DNA from: an uncultured candidate division Zixibacteria bacterium
GTDB taxonomy: Bacteria; Zixibacteria; MSB-5A5; GN15; FEB-12
Length of the DNA: 64,000 nucleotides
Assembly: GCA_963664195.1 (NCBI GenBank)
Contig: OY760907.1
Location: 448,001 to 512,000, forward strand
Direction: 5' to 3'
Made by a program: the position numbers and the translations under genes. Of the stretch, positions 9,746 through 19,342 are shown in pieces. The notes beneath the pieces are model-generated. The model ran no database searches. It was not told the DNA's origin and saw only the letters and a list, made by a program, of their open reading frames with translations. The stretch's first letter is position 1. Each line of letters opens with the position of its first letter.

Positions 9746-10738
9746 ATGGGAGTCATAATATCCCTCATCGCCGTTCTCATACTTGTTCTTCTGGCATGGA
9801 TAGGAGCAGGCGTCGCAGAGGGTTTCCTCTTCGGAGTCATTCTGCCGTACGCCGCGATAGCAACATTCCTAGTGGGTGTTGTCTATCGAATAGTGTACTG
9901 GGCACGCTCTCCGGTTCCGTTCAGGGTCCCCACCACATGCGGACAGCAGAAGTCGCACTCCTGGATCAAGCAGAACAGCCTTGACAATCCGGATACCGGA
10001 TTCAAAGTAATCCTGCGAATGGCATTGGAGGTTCTGTTCTTCCGTTCGCTGTTCCGCAACACCAAGACTGAGGTCAAGGAAGGTCCGAAAATCACCTACA
10101 CCGCTGACAAGTTTTTGTGGGCGGGTTCGCTGGCTTTCCACTGGTCGTTCCTGATTATCTTTGTTCGGCACTTCAAGTATTTTGCCGAGCCGGTACCACA
10201 GTGGATCGTGACGATTCAGGAGCTGGATGGATTGTTCCAGGTTGGATTGCCGATCATTCTGTTGACCGACCTGGTCATTCTTGGTGCTCTCACTTATCTG
10301 TTCTTCAGGCGCGTAGTCGATCCGAAACTGCGTTACCTGTCGATGCCTGGTGATTACTTCCCGCTGTTCCTCATCATGAGCATCGCCGTCTCCGGCGTCT
10401 GCATGAGGTATTTTGCCAAAACGGATCTGACCGCTATAAAGGCGCTCGGTACCGGTTTGCTGAGTCTCCACCCGGTGGTGCCGGAGGGAATCAGCGTGGT
10501 GTTCTTCATTCACCTGTTCCTGGTCAGCACGCTGATCGCTTACTTCCCGTTCAGCAAGCTGTTGCATTTCGCAGGCGTCTTCATGAGCCCCACCCGTAAC
10601 CTGGCCAACAACAACCGTATGCGCCGTCATGTCAATCCCTGGGATTACCCGGTCAAGAACCATACTTACGAAGAGTATGAGGATGAGTTCAGGGACGTCA
10701 TGAAAGCCGCCGGATTGCCGGTAGATAAGGAAGAATAG
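9746..10738 (+). CDS. dsrM: DsrM, NarI-like membrane cytochrome b
   Basis: WARSPVPFRVPTTCGQQKS, LEVLFFRSLFRNT, heme His in FHWSF/HLFL, YFPFSKLLH, SPTRNLANN. Confidence 0.95.
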   Translation: MGVIISLIAVLILVLLAWIGAGVAEGFLFGVILPYAAIATFLVGVVYRIVYWARSPVPFRVPTTCGQQKSHSWIKQNSLDNPDTGFKVILRMALEVLFFRSLFRNTKTEVKEGPKITYTADKFLWAGSLAFHWSFLIIFVRHFKYFAEPVPQWIVTIQELDGLFQVGLPIILLTDLVILGALTYLFFRRVVDPKLRYLSMPGDYFPLFLIMSIAVSGVCMRYFAKTDLTAIKALGTGLLSLHPVVPEGISVVFFIHLFLVSTLIAYFPFSKLLHFAGVFMSPTRNLANNNRMRRHVNPWDYPVKNHTYEEYEDEFRDVMKAAGLPVDKEE

Positions 10739-10741
10739 TCT

Positions 10742-12361
10742 ATGTCAGAGGATATAAAGAAGCCAGAGGAGATGGGCAAGATCGAGTTCCAGCCCAACAA
10801 GAACGGCTGGCAAGACCCCTCTGTGGAATTCCGCAAGGGGACCTGGAACTACGCTGCGGTGCCAGAGACTCTCGAGTATCTGGACCTTGCCAATCCGCGC
10901 AAGTGGCAGCCTACCGACGACGATTGGCAGCTTCCGGACAACTGGCAGCAGATCGTCTTCGAGGGATTCCGTGAACGCCTCGATAAGTATCGCACTTTGA
11001 AAGTATTCATGGATATCTGCGTGCGCTGCGGCGCCTGCGCGGACAAGTGCCACTACTTCATCGGCGGCGGTGACCCCAAGAATATGCCGGTGATGAGAGC
11101 CGAGTTGCTAAGGTCGGTCTATCGCAACGATTTCACCACATTCGGTAAGATATTCGGCAAGATGGCCGGAAGCCGCAAGATGACGGTGCAAGTGCTCAAG
11201 GAGTGGTTCTACTACTTCTACCAGTGCACGGAATGCCGCCGCTGTTCGGTCTTCTGTCCGTACGGTATTGACACGGCCGAGATCACGATGATGGCTCGCG
11301 AGATCATGAACCTGCTCGGCCTGAGTATCGAGTGGATTTGTACTCCGCTGTCGAACTGTTTCCGAACCGGTAACCATCTTGGTATTCAGCCGCACGGTTT
11401 TGCCGACAGCATCGAGTTCGCCGTTGACGAGCTTGAGGAACTGACCGGTGTAAGAGTCAACGCTCCCATGAACAAAAAGGGCGCAGAGATTCTGTTTGTG
11501 GCACCTTCGGCGGATTATTTCGCGTCGCCTCACTACTACACACTGCTCGGGTACTTGATGCTGTTCCACGAGATCGGTCTCGATTATACCTGGAGCTCTT
11601 ACGCCTCTGAAGGCGGCAACTTCGGTCTCTTCCACTCGGCGGAGATGATGAAGAGGCTGAATTCGAAGATATATCTGGAAGCCAAACGACTCGGTGTCAA
11701 ATGGATTCTCGGCGGTGAGTGTGGCCACATGTGGCGCGTGCTCAACCAGTACATGGATACGCTCAACGGCCCGGCCGACTTCCTCGAAGTTCCGAAGTCG
11801 CCGATCACCGGCACGGTTTTCGAGAACGCCAAGTCGACGAAAATGGTGCACATCACCGAATTCACTTCGGATCTGATCAAGCATGACAAGATCAAGTTGG
11901 ACCCGAGCCGTAACGATCACTGGAAGACGACCTTCCATGATTCCTGCAACCCGGCCCGAGCCATGGGTTTGTTTGAGGAGCCACGCTATGTAATCAACGC
12001 CGCGTGCAACTCGTTCACCGAGATGCCTGAAAACACGATCAAGGAGCAGACCTTCTGCTGTGGATCAGGCTCCGGTGTTGGTACTGATGAAAACATGGAA
12101 ATGCGGCTGCGCGGCGGGCTCCCGAGAGCGAACGCCGTGAAGCATGTCAAGGAACATAACGACGTAAACATACTGCTGTGCATCTGCGCTATCGACAAGG
12201 CAACCCTGCCCCCGCTGCTTGAGTACTGGGTACCGGATGTCGAGGTCGGTGGCATTCATGAGATGGTTGGCAATGCCCTCATTATGACGGGCGAGAACGA
12301 CAGGCCGACCGATCTGAGAGGCACACCATACCCGGGAAAGGAGGAGAGTGAAGATGTTTGA
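10742..12361 (+). CDS. dsrK: DsrK, HdrD-like catalytic subunit
   Basis: CVRCGACADKC, CTECRRCSVFCPYGID, GECGH, HDSCN, CCGSG CCG domain. Confidence 0.96.
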   Translation: MSEDIKKPEEMGKIEFQPNKNGWQDPSVEFRKGTWNYAAVPETLEYLDLANPRKWQPTDDDWQLPDNWQQIVFEGFRERLDKYRTLKVFMDICVRCGACADKCHYFIGGGDPKNMPVMRAELLRSVYRNDFTTFGKIFGKMAGSRKMTVQVLKEWFYYFYQCTECRRCSVFCPYGIDTAEITMMAREIMNLLGLSIEWICTPLSNCFRTGNHLGIQPHGFADSIEFAVDELEELTGVRVNAPMNKKGAEILFVAPSADYFASPHYYTLLGYLMLFHEIGLDYTWSSYASEGGNFGLFHSAEMMKRLNSKIYLEAKRLGVKWILGGECGHMWRVLNQYMDTLNGPADFLEVPKSPITGTVFENAKSTKMVHITEFTSDLIKHDKIKLDPSRNDHWKTTFHDSCNPARAMGLFEEPRYVINAACNSFTEMPENTIKEQTFCCGSGSGVGTDENMEMRLRGGLPRANAVKHVKEHNDVNILLCICAIDKATLPPLLEYWVPDVEVGGIHEMVGNALIMTGENDRPTDLRGTPYPGKEESEDV

Positions 12362-12740
12362 TAGCGGAAAAGTCATTCTGGGATTGGTCATTTTCCTGGC
12401 GCTCATCACTTTCCCGATCTGGTACAACGTAGCCAACGACAAGGCCGGCTACTCGCCGGAAATCGAAAAGGCTGCCAGGGGCGAGAACTGTGTCCGGGAC
12501 TCGGCCTGGATGACCGGCAATCACATGGACCTGCTCAACGAGTGGCGGGACCAGGTAGTTCGCGAGGGTGAACGGTACGAGGTTGGTGCTGACGGTGTCA
12601 AGTACGAGCGAAGCCTGTCAAACACCTGTCTGAATTGCCACGAGAACAAAGATCAGTTCTGTGACAAGTGTCACGACTACCTCGGCGTCGAGCCGTACTG
12701 TTGGGACTGTCACGTTGTGCCAAAGGAGATTCAGCCATGA
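12348..12740 (+). CDS. dsrJ: DsrJ triheme cytochrome c
   Basis: N-terminal TM helix, CV...HMDLLNEWRD, three CxxCH (CLNCH, CDKCH, CWDCH). Confidence 0.95.
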   Translation: MKMFDSGKVILGLVIFLALITFPIWYNVANDKAGYSPEIEKAARGENCVRDSAWMTGNHMDLLNEWRDQVVREGERYEVGADGVKYERSLSNTCLNCHENKDQFCDKCHDYLGVEPYCWDCHVVPKEIQP

Positions 12741-13540
12741 GTGGAGATAGAAGGAAATTCCTAAAACTTGCCAGTCTCACGGCACTGGGTCTCGCGGGCG
12801 CTCCGACCGGGCTGCTCTCTCAGGAAACTGAGACGGTAGACAGCGCGGCGGCCGAGATTGTCGAGAAGATGACGGGATCAAAGGCGCCGATCACCGGCAA
12901 ACGCTGGGCAATGGTCATTGATCTGAAGAAGTGTCGCGAGGCCGGTGATTGCAACAAGTGCGCCGAGGCATGTCACCTCGCTCACAATGTGCCGAAATTC
13001 GACAACACCAAGGACGAGGTCAAGTGGATTTGGAAGGAATCCTTCCACCACGCCTTCCACGAACAGGAACACGAGTTCCTCGACGACGAGACCAAGCACG
13101 GTCCGGCGCTCGTCCTGTGTAATCATTGTGACAACCCGCCCTGCGTACGCGTCTGCCCCACCCAGGCGACCTGGAAACGGGAGCAAGACGGTATCGTCAT
13201 GATGGACTGGCACCGGTGTATCGGCTGCCGGTACTGTGTGGTGGCCTGTCCGTACGGTTCGCGCAGTTTCAACTGGCGGGACCCGAGACCGCACATCAAG
13301 AAGATCCAGGCAGACTTTCCGACCCGGTCTCGCGGTGTAGTCGAGAAATGCACGTTCTGTGCTGAACGACTGGCTCGTGGTGAGATGCCCTCGTGTGTCG
13401 AGGCATGCGAGGCCAAGGCAATTGTCTTTGGCGATCTGGAGGATCCGCACTCCGAAGTCCGGACACTCCTCGAAGAGCATTTTACTATCAGACGCAAACC
13501 CGGACTCGGAACTCAGCCCGAAGTCTACTACATAGTGTGA
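12737..13540 (+). CDS. dsrO: DsrO periplasmic ferredoxin (Tat)
   Basis: RRKFLK twin-arginine signal; CNHCDNPPCVRVCP, CIGCRYCVVACPY, KCTFC. Confidence 0.94.
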   Translation: MSGDRRKFLKLASLTALGLAGAPTGLLSQETETVDSAAAEIVEKMTGSKAPITGKRWAMVIDLKKCREAGDCNKCAEACHLAHNVPKFDNTKDEVKWIWKESFHHAFHEQEHEFLDDETKHGPALVLCNHCDNPPCVRVCPTQATWKREQDGIVMMDWHRCIGCRYCVVACPYGSRSFNWRDPRPHIKKIQADFPTRSRGVVEKCTFCAERLARGEMPSCVEACEAKAIVFGDLEDPHSEVRTLLEEHFTIRRKPGLGTQPEVYYIV

Positions 13541-13547
13541 GGGAATC

Positions 13548-14705
13548 ATGTTAGAAAAAGCACTTAGTGGAAGCAAAGGCTACTGGTCCTGGGTGATCGC
13601 TCTCGGAGCGTTGATAGGTATCGGTACGCTCTTCTTCCTGAAGCAGTATAATGAAGGTCTGACCATCACCGGCATGAGCCGTGACGTTACCTGGGGATTC
13701 TACATTGCCCAGCTTACGTTCCTCGTCGGTGTGGCCGCCTCCGCCGTCATGGTAGTGCTGCCGTACTACCTGCATAATTACAAGGCATTTGGCAAGATCA
13801 CGATTCTGGGTGAGTTTATCGCGATCCCGTCGGTTATTATGTGTATGACGTTCGTGTTTGTGGACATGGGACAGCCATTCCGCATTCTGAATGTCTTTTT
13901 GTATCCGACGTTCCACTCGATGATGTTCTGGGACACAGTGGTGCTTTCGGGCTACCTCGTTCTGAACATCATCATCAGTCGCGTGACGCTCGACGCCGAG
14001 CGCAAAGCGGTCGCTCCGCCGAAATGGATCAAACCTCTGATTATCCTGTCGATTCCTTGGGCTGTCAGTATTCACACGGTCACGGCATTCCTGTATGCCG
14101 GCCTGGCCGCGCGCCCGTTCTGGCTGACGGCCATTCTGGCACCGCGCTTTCTGGCTTCGGCCTTTGCGGCGGGTCCGGCTCTGTTGTTGATCTTCTGCTT
14201 TGTCTTGAAGAAGTTCACGAAATTCGACGCCGGCAAAGAAGCTATCCAGAAAGTGGCAGTCATTGTAACCTACGCCATGGCCGTCAATGTGTTCTTTGTC
14301 CTGATGGAGATATTCACAGCAGTGTACTCTGATATGCCGGAGCATGTAGCTCATTTTGAGTATATGTATTTCGGCCTCGACGGCAAAGCGGTACTGGCCC
14401 CGTTCATGTGGGCGTCGGCCGTATTCGCCGTGCTCTCGCTGATCCTGTTGATCGTCCCGAAATTCCGCAAAAACGAGAAGATGCTGCTATTCGCCTGTGT
14501 CATCACGTTTTTGTCGCTGTGGATTGACAAGGGACTCGGCCTGGTCGTGATCGGATTCATCCCGAACCCGCTCGGCGTAGTCACGGAATACTTCCCGACC
14601 TTCCCGGAGATGATGATTGCGGTAGGGATCTACTCTCTCGGGCTCCTGGTCGTCACCGGTCTGTATAAGATTGCAATGACGGTACGGGGACACGTCGCAA
14701 GGTAA
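13548..14705 (+). CDS. dsrP: DsrP, NrfD/PsrC-family membrane protein
   Basis: TGMSRDVTWGFYI, SIHTVTAFL, APRFLASAF; polytopic. Confidence 0.94.
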   Translation: MLEKALSGSKGYWSWVIALGALIGIGTLFFLKQYNEGLTITGMSRDVTWGFYIAQLTFLVGVAASAVMVVLPYYLHNYKAFGKITILGEFIAIPSVIMCMTFVFVDMGQPFRILNVFLYPTFHSMMFWDTVVLSGYLVLNIIISRVTLDAERKAVAPPKWIKPLIILSIPWAVSIHTVTAFLYAGLAARPFWLTAILAPRFLASAFAAGPALLLIFCFVLKKFTKFDAGKEAIQKVAVIVTYAMAVNVFFVLMEIFTAVYSDMPEHVAHFEYMYFGLDGKAVLAPFMWASAVFAVLSLILLIVPKFRKNEKMLLFACVITFLSLWIDKGLGLVVIGFIPNPLGVVTEYFPTFPEMMIAVGIYSLGLLVVTGLYKIAMTVRGHVAR

Positions 14706-14752
14706 GACGATGCACGCCACCGGCGGTGGTAAGGCAGAAGTTGAGACTAACC

Positions 14753-14781
14753 GGGGCCGCATCTACTGCGGCCCCTTTTTT
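14753..14781 (+). terminator. Terminator after dsrP
   Basis: GGGGCCGCA-tctac-TGCGGCCCC plus T6. Confidence 0.85.
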
Positions 14782-14792
14782 ATGGAACGCAA

Positions 14793-16475
14793 ATGGACAA
14801 GTCAGATTTTGTGATCATCGGCGGCGTGGCCGCGGGACCAAAGACAGCCGCAACTCTCGCCCGGCGTATGCCAGAAGCAACTATCACCGTATTCCAGAAG
14901 GAAGACCGGATATCTTACGGAACCTGCGGCATGCCGTATTTCGCCTCGGGCGACATCAACAGCTTCGAAGAACTCACGCAGACATCGTACGGCGTAGCTC
15001 GCTCACCGGAATTCTTTCACAAGTCGAAAGGATTCGACGTCACTACCGGCGCGGAAGTCATCAAGATCGACCGCAAGAGAAAGGCCGTCACAGTCAAGCT
15101 GCTGGCCTCCGGTGAAATATTCGAGCACAGCTACGGTAAACTGGTGATCGCCACCGGGTCCTCGGCTAACAAACCTCCTTTCCCGTGTGCAGAGAGTCCG
15201 AAGATCAGCGCGTTCACGCGCCCTGACGATGCCATCGCGTTTCGCAAGGCGGCACAAACCGGTCAGGTCGGCAAGGCTGTTGTTATCGGCGGAGGGTTCA
15301 TCGGACTCGAAGTTGCCGAAGCGGCCGGTGGACTCTGGGGGATCGAAGTCACACTGATTGAAAGAGAGAATCAGCTTCTCCCGCAGGTACTCGATATCGA
15401 GATGGCTGAACTCGCGAAGAGAGAGTTAATCCGACAGGACGTTGAAGTACTCACCGGCAGCACGGTCGAAAAGGTCGAGTTGGACGATGACGGCGACCCG
15501 GTCGTATTTGTAGCAGGAAAAGAGAGCATAACGGCGGATTACGTATTTCTGTGTCTCGGAGTACACCCGGAAATCGGGCTGGCGAAGGACTGCGGACTGG
15601 AAATCGGCTCAACCGGAGCAATCAGGGTCAACGAGCAGATGCAGACTTCCGACGAAAATATCTTTGCCGGCGGCGACTGCGTGGAGAATGTCAACTGCGT
15701 TTCCGACCTGCCGATGTACATCCCTATGGGATCGCTGGCCAATCGCCACGGACGGGTCATCGCTGAGAATCTGGCTGGAAACACGTGCTCGTTCCCGAAA
15801 GTAACCGGCGCGTTCCTGGTCAAAGTGTTTGATACAAATGTCGGCGCGGTCGGCCTTTCGGAAGAAGCGGCAAAGAGAGCCGGAATACCGGCGGCCTCGC
15901 TGTGGGGCACATTCCCAGACAAACCCGACTATTATCCTGAGAGCATGGTGATTGTTCTCAAGATGGTCTACAACCCAGAAAACAACCGCCTTCTCGGCTT
16001 GCAGGCTGCCGGGGTTGGGGATATTTGCCGACGGATCGACGTCTTCTCATCCTTCCTGCAGCGCACCGCGAGGGTCGAGGATTTACTTGATTTCGAGCAA
16101 GGGTACGCTCCCCCCTACTCTGAGGCGCTGGACCCGCTGCATCATCTGGCCGGGATGGTGGCTGCGCGGAAGACAGGTTTGAAGTTCGCCAGCCCCGGCA
16201 CGATTCTGAAAACGTGCAAAAACACGCAGTTCGTTGATGTCCGCGAACCTGAGGAATTCGAAGCCACTTCAAAGAACGGTACTTACGGAGGCATAAAAGT
16301 AGTTCATATCCCCTTGAATGACCTGCGGGAACGACTTCCGGAGCTTGAATCAAGCCGAAAAACGCTGATAATCTGCCGACGCGGCCCCAGATCGTATCAG
16401 GCAGCGGTAATCCTGCGCTCTGCCGGGTTCAAACAGGTAGAAATTCTTGCCGGAGGCTTGCAAACACGGGAGTGA
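14793..16475 (+). CDS. CoA-disulfide/persulfide reductase with C-terminal rhodanese domain (Cdr/Npsr-like)
   Basis: IIGGVAAG FAD motif, SYGTCGMPY active-site Cys, GGGFIGLE, YAPPYS, rhodanese DVREPEE...ICRRGPRS. Confidence 0.85.
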   Translation: MDKSDFVIIGGVAAGPKTAATLARRMPEATITVFQKEDRISYGTCGMPYFASGDINSFEELTQTSYGVARSPEFFHKSKGFDVTTGAEVIKIDRKRKAVTVKLLASGEIFEHSYGKLVIATGSSANKPPFPCAESPKISAFTRPDDAIAFRKAAQTGQVGKAVVIGGGFIGLEVAEAAGGLWGIEVTLIERENQLLPQVLDIEMAELAKRELIRQDVEVLTGSTVEKVELDDDGDPVVFVAGKESITADYVFLCLGVHPEIGLAKDCGLEIGSTGAIRVNEQMQTSDENIFAGGDCVENVNCVSDLPMYIPMGSLANRHGRVIAENLAGNTCSFPKVTGAFLVKVFDTNVGAVGLSEEAAKRAGIPAASLWGTFPDKPDYYPESMVIVLKMVYNPENNRLLGLQAAGVGDICRRIDVFSSFLQRTARVEDLLDFEQGYAPPYSEALDPLHHLAGMVAARKTGLKFASPGTILKTCKNTQFVDVREPEEFEATSKNGTYGGIKVVHIPLNDLRERLPELESSRKTLIICRRGPRSYQAAVILRSAGFKQVEILAGGLQTRE

Positions 16476-16527
16476 TTGTGCATATTCCCTGTCCTGAATT
16501 GACCGGAAACGTGAAGGAAGCAGGTCT

Positions 16528-17742
16528 ATGACATCTGGAAGCTGGCGACTGGTCGTCTGCGGCATTACCCATACAACCTCGACCCTGGAACAGCGGGAGC
16601 CTCTCCAATTGGCACGGGAAGAGATGGCGAGCGCCAACGCGGCCTTCGGCAATCTCTCGCGCGTGATGGAATCGCTGATTGTATCGACCTGTAATCGAGT
16701 CGAATTCTACTTCGTCACGGCACGTGAGAACGACCCGTTTGAAGTCGTAGCTGAGTTCTATAAGAACTTCAAGGGTATAAACTTAACTGCCTGCAGAGAC
16801 CTCTTTAGATCGCGCAAGGGTGCCCACGCCGCTTCCCAGCTCTTCCACGTCGCAGCTGGCATGGACTCCATGGTGCTCGGTGAAAACCAGATTCTTGGTC
16901 AGTTGAAAGAAGCATACGGTTCTGCCTGTGCAGTGAAATCGACCGGCAAACTGGTACATCGTCTGTTCCACCAGGCTTTCCGCATCGGCAAGCAGGTTCG
17001 CTCCGATACGGAGATGGGCAAAGGTATCTGCTCGGTGTCATCGGCGGCAATGGACCTGCTCAAGACGAGAATTCAGGACATTGTCGACCCGGAGATTCTG
17101 TTTATCGGTTCCAACCGCATGATCACACTGGCAGCCGACAACCTGAGCCGTCGCGATGATGCCAAATTCACGTTTGCCAATCGCACGCCGGAAAAGGCGG
17201 TCGTTCTGGCCGAGAAGTACCGCAGCGAAGGGCACGGGTTGGACAGTCTGACCGACCTGATCGCAAAAGCGGACGTGGTTGTGAGTTGTACCTCGGCGAC
17301 CGAGCCGGTCATCACACACAGAATGGTTGAGGACGCCATGGCCGCTCGCGGCGACCGAAGGCTGACTGTCGTTGATCTGGCGATACCTCGTGATGTCGAT
17401 TTTGGCAAGGTGGACCATGAGTTGGTCAACGTAAACGATCTGGACGATATCAAGGCGTTCGTTGCCGATCAACAGGCCAAGCGGGAATTGGCTCTCCCCC
17501 AGGCCGAGCAAATCATCGAGAGCAAACTCAGCGAATTCACGTATTGGATGCAGCACGTAATGCAGGAGCCGATTTACAACGGCCAGTCGAATACCATCGA
17601 GGCCATCCGCGCCGAGGAACTGGCCTCAATTCTGGACCGCCTCACGCCGGAGCTGCAATCTGAACTCAACCAGGTTACCCGCAAAATGGTTAATCGCGTA
17701 ATACAGGTGACCAGCAGATCGGTCGCCGATCATTCGGAGTAG
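16528..17742 (+). CDS. hemA: Glutamyl-tRNA reductase
   Basis: STCNRVE, GMDSMVLGENQILGQ, DLAIPRDVD. Confidence 0.93.
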   Translation: MTSGSWRLVVCGITHTTSTLEQREPLQLAREEMASANAAFGNLSRVMESLIVSTCNRVEFYFVTARENDPFEVVAEFYKNFKGINLTACRDLFRSRKGAHAASQLFHVAAGMDSMVLGENQILGQLKEAYGSACAVKSTGKLVHRLFHQAFRIGKQVRSDTEMGKGICSVSSAAMDLLKTRIQDIVDPEILFIGSNRMITLAADNLSRRDDAKFTFANRTPEKAVVLAEKYRSEGHGLDSLTDLIAKADVVVSCTSATEPVITHRMVEDAMAARGDRRLTVVDLAIPRDVDFGKVDHELVNVNDLDDIKAFVADQQAKRELALPQAEQIIESKLSEFTYWMQHVMQEPIYNGQSNTIEAIRAEELASILDRLTPELQSELNQVTRKMVNRVIQVTSRSVADHSE

Positions 17743-17747
17743 GAAAA

Positions 17748-18383
17748 ATGTCACACGAATACATGCCTATCAGCCTGACAATGAAAGGCCGCAAGTGCCT
17801 CGTGGTGGGGGGCGGTACTATCGCCAGCCGCAAAGTTGAAACGCTGCTCACATACAACACGAAGGTCACAGTAGTCGCACCGGAGATCGACGCAGATTTG
17901 ACGAAACTCGAAGGCGAAAATCTCACGCTGAAAAAACGGGAATACAAGTCACCGGAAGCTGCAACCTTTGATCTGGTCATTGCCGCCAGCGACAACGATC
18001 AGCTTAACCGTCAGGTTTGCGAAGATGCTCGTGGCGCGGGCGTACTGGTGAACGTAGTCGATGCCCCCAGTTTCTGTGACTTCATTTTCCCGGCGGTGAT
18101 CCGTCGCGACTGCCTCACCACTTCGATATCGACCGACGGCAAAGCCCCGTTCATGTCCGCAAACCTTCGCGCGATCCTTGAAAACATGTTCCCGAAACAC
18201 TGGAACCGCATGATGGCGATGGCCGCGATCTATCGCCAAAAGGTCCAGAAATCGTTCCCTGAGGACCAGGGGAAAAAGGCCTCCGCCTATACTAAATTCG
18301 TTGAGGCCGACTGGTCGAAAATACTCGATGAAATGAATAACGCCGAGATCGAAGCGGAACTGGACGAATGGCTCAAGGCGTGA
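17748..18383 (+). CDS. sirC: Precorrin-2 dehydrogenase/sirohydrochlorin ferrochelatase (SirC/Met8/CysG N-terminal type)
   Basis: LVVGGGTIASRK, VNVVDAPSFCDFIFPA, ISTDGKAP. Confidence 0.85.
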   Translation: MSHEYMPISLTMKGRKCLVVGGGTIASRKVETLLTYNTKVTVVAPEIDADLTKLEGENLTLKKREYKSPEAATFDLVIAASDNDQLNRQVCEDARGAGVLVNVVDAPSFCDFIFPAVIRRDCLTTSISTDGKAPFMSANLRAILENMFPKHWNRMMAMAAIYRQKVQKSFPEDQGKKASAYTKFVEADWSKILDEMNNAEIEAELDEWLKA

Positions 18384-18409
18384 AGCCCGCCCCACGGGAG
18401 CAGTAACTG

Positions 18410-19342
18410 ATGACCGAACGTGTCATCAAAATCGGGTCGCGTGGCTCCAAACTGGCCCTGGCCCAAACCAACCAGATTATCTCGCTTATCAAGGAGCAGG
18501 CACCTGCTGTCCTGATCGAATTGGTGACGATTACGACCTCCGGCGACGCCGATCGCAAGACGGCGCTTGAGCAAATCGGCGGTCAGGGGCTGTTCACGAA
18601 AAAGATCGAACAGGAACTTCTCGACGGCAATATCGATATAGCAGTACACAGCGCCAAAGACCTGCCCTCGGTTATGACTGCGGGGCTGGTTATAGGTGCC
18701 GTGCCGGAGAGAGAAATCGTGAACGATGCTCTGATGGCAGAGAAGGGCGTTAATGTCCAGAATCTACCGGGGGGCGCGAAAGTAGGCACCGGATCACCCC
18801 GAAGACGCGCACAGTTGTTACATCTCAGGCCTGACCTACGAATTGAGGGGATCCGGGGAAATGTGGAAACCCGACTTCGGAAATTGGCTGAAGGCAAGTA
18901 CGACGCGCTCATCATGGCCGCTGCCGGACTCAAACGACTGAACCTGATTGATCACATATCTGAGCTACTCGATTCTGAAACCTACACCCCGGCCCCCGGA
19001 CAGGGAGCCCTGGTCATTCAAACACGCAAAAACGATCAGGCCTGCCTGAACCTGCTGGAGCATATCGATCACACGGTCTCCCATCGGTGCCTCGATATCG
19101 AACGCCTTCTGTTGGCCAAGCTGGGAGCAGGGTGCTCTTCGGCGGTGGGCGGTCTGGCTTCGATCGATAACGGCTACGTCAGGTTGAGCGCGGTCGTTTT
19201 GGACAGGACCGGCAAAACGCGGTTGCACGCCGATGAACGTGTGGGTGACGAGACAGCGAATGAAATTCTGGTCGACACGGTGGTGGAACAATTGTCGAAG
19301 CTGGGTGCGACGACGCTGATTGCGGAAGGTAACCGAACATAG
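18410..19342 (+). CDS. hemC: Hydroxymethylbilane synthase
   Basis: IGSRGSKLALAQ, VHSAKDLP, RGNVETRL, LGAGCS. Confidence 0.96.
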   Translation: MTERVIKIGSRGSKLALAQTNQIISLIKEQAPAVLIELVTITTSGDADRKTALEQIGGQGLFTKKIEQELLDGNIDIAVHSAKDLPSVMTAGLVIGAVPEREIVNDALMAEKGVNVQNLPGGAKVGTGSPRRRAQLLHLRPDLRIEGIRGNVETRLRKLAEGKYDALIMAAAGLKRLNLIDHISELLDSETYTPAPGQGALVIQTRKNDQACLNLLEHIDHTVSHRCLDIERLLLAKLGAGCSSAVGGLASIDNGYVRLSAVVLDRTGKTRLHADERVGDETANEILVDTVVEQLSKLGATTLIAEGNRT

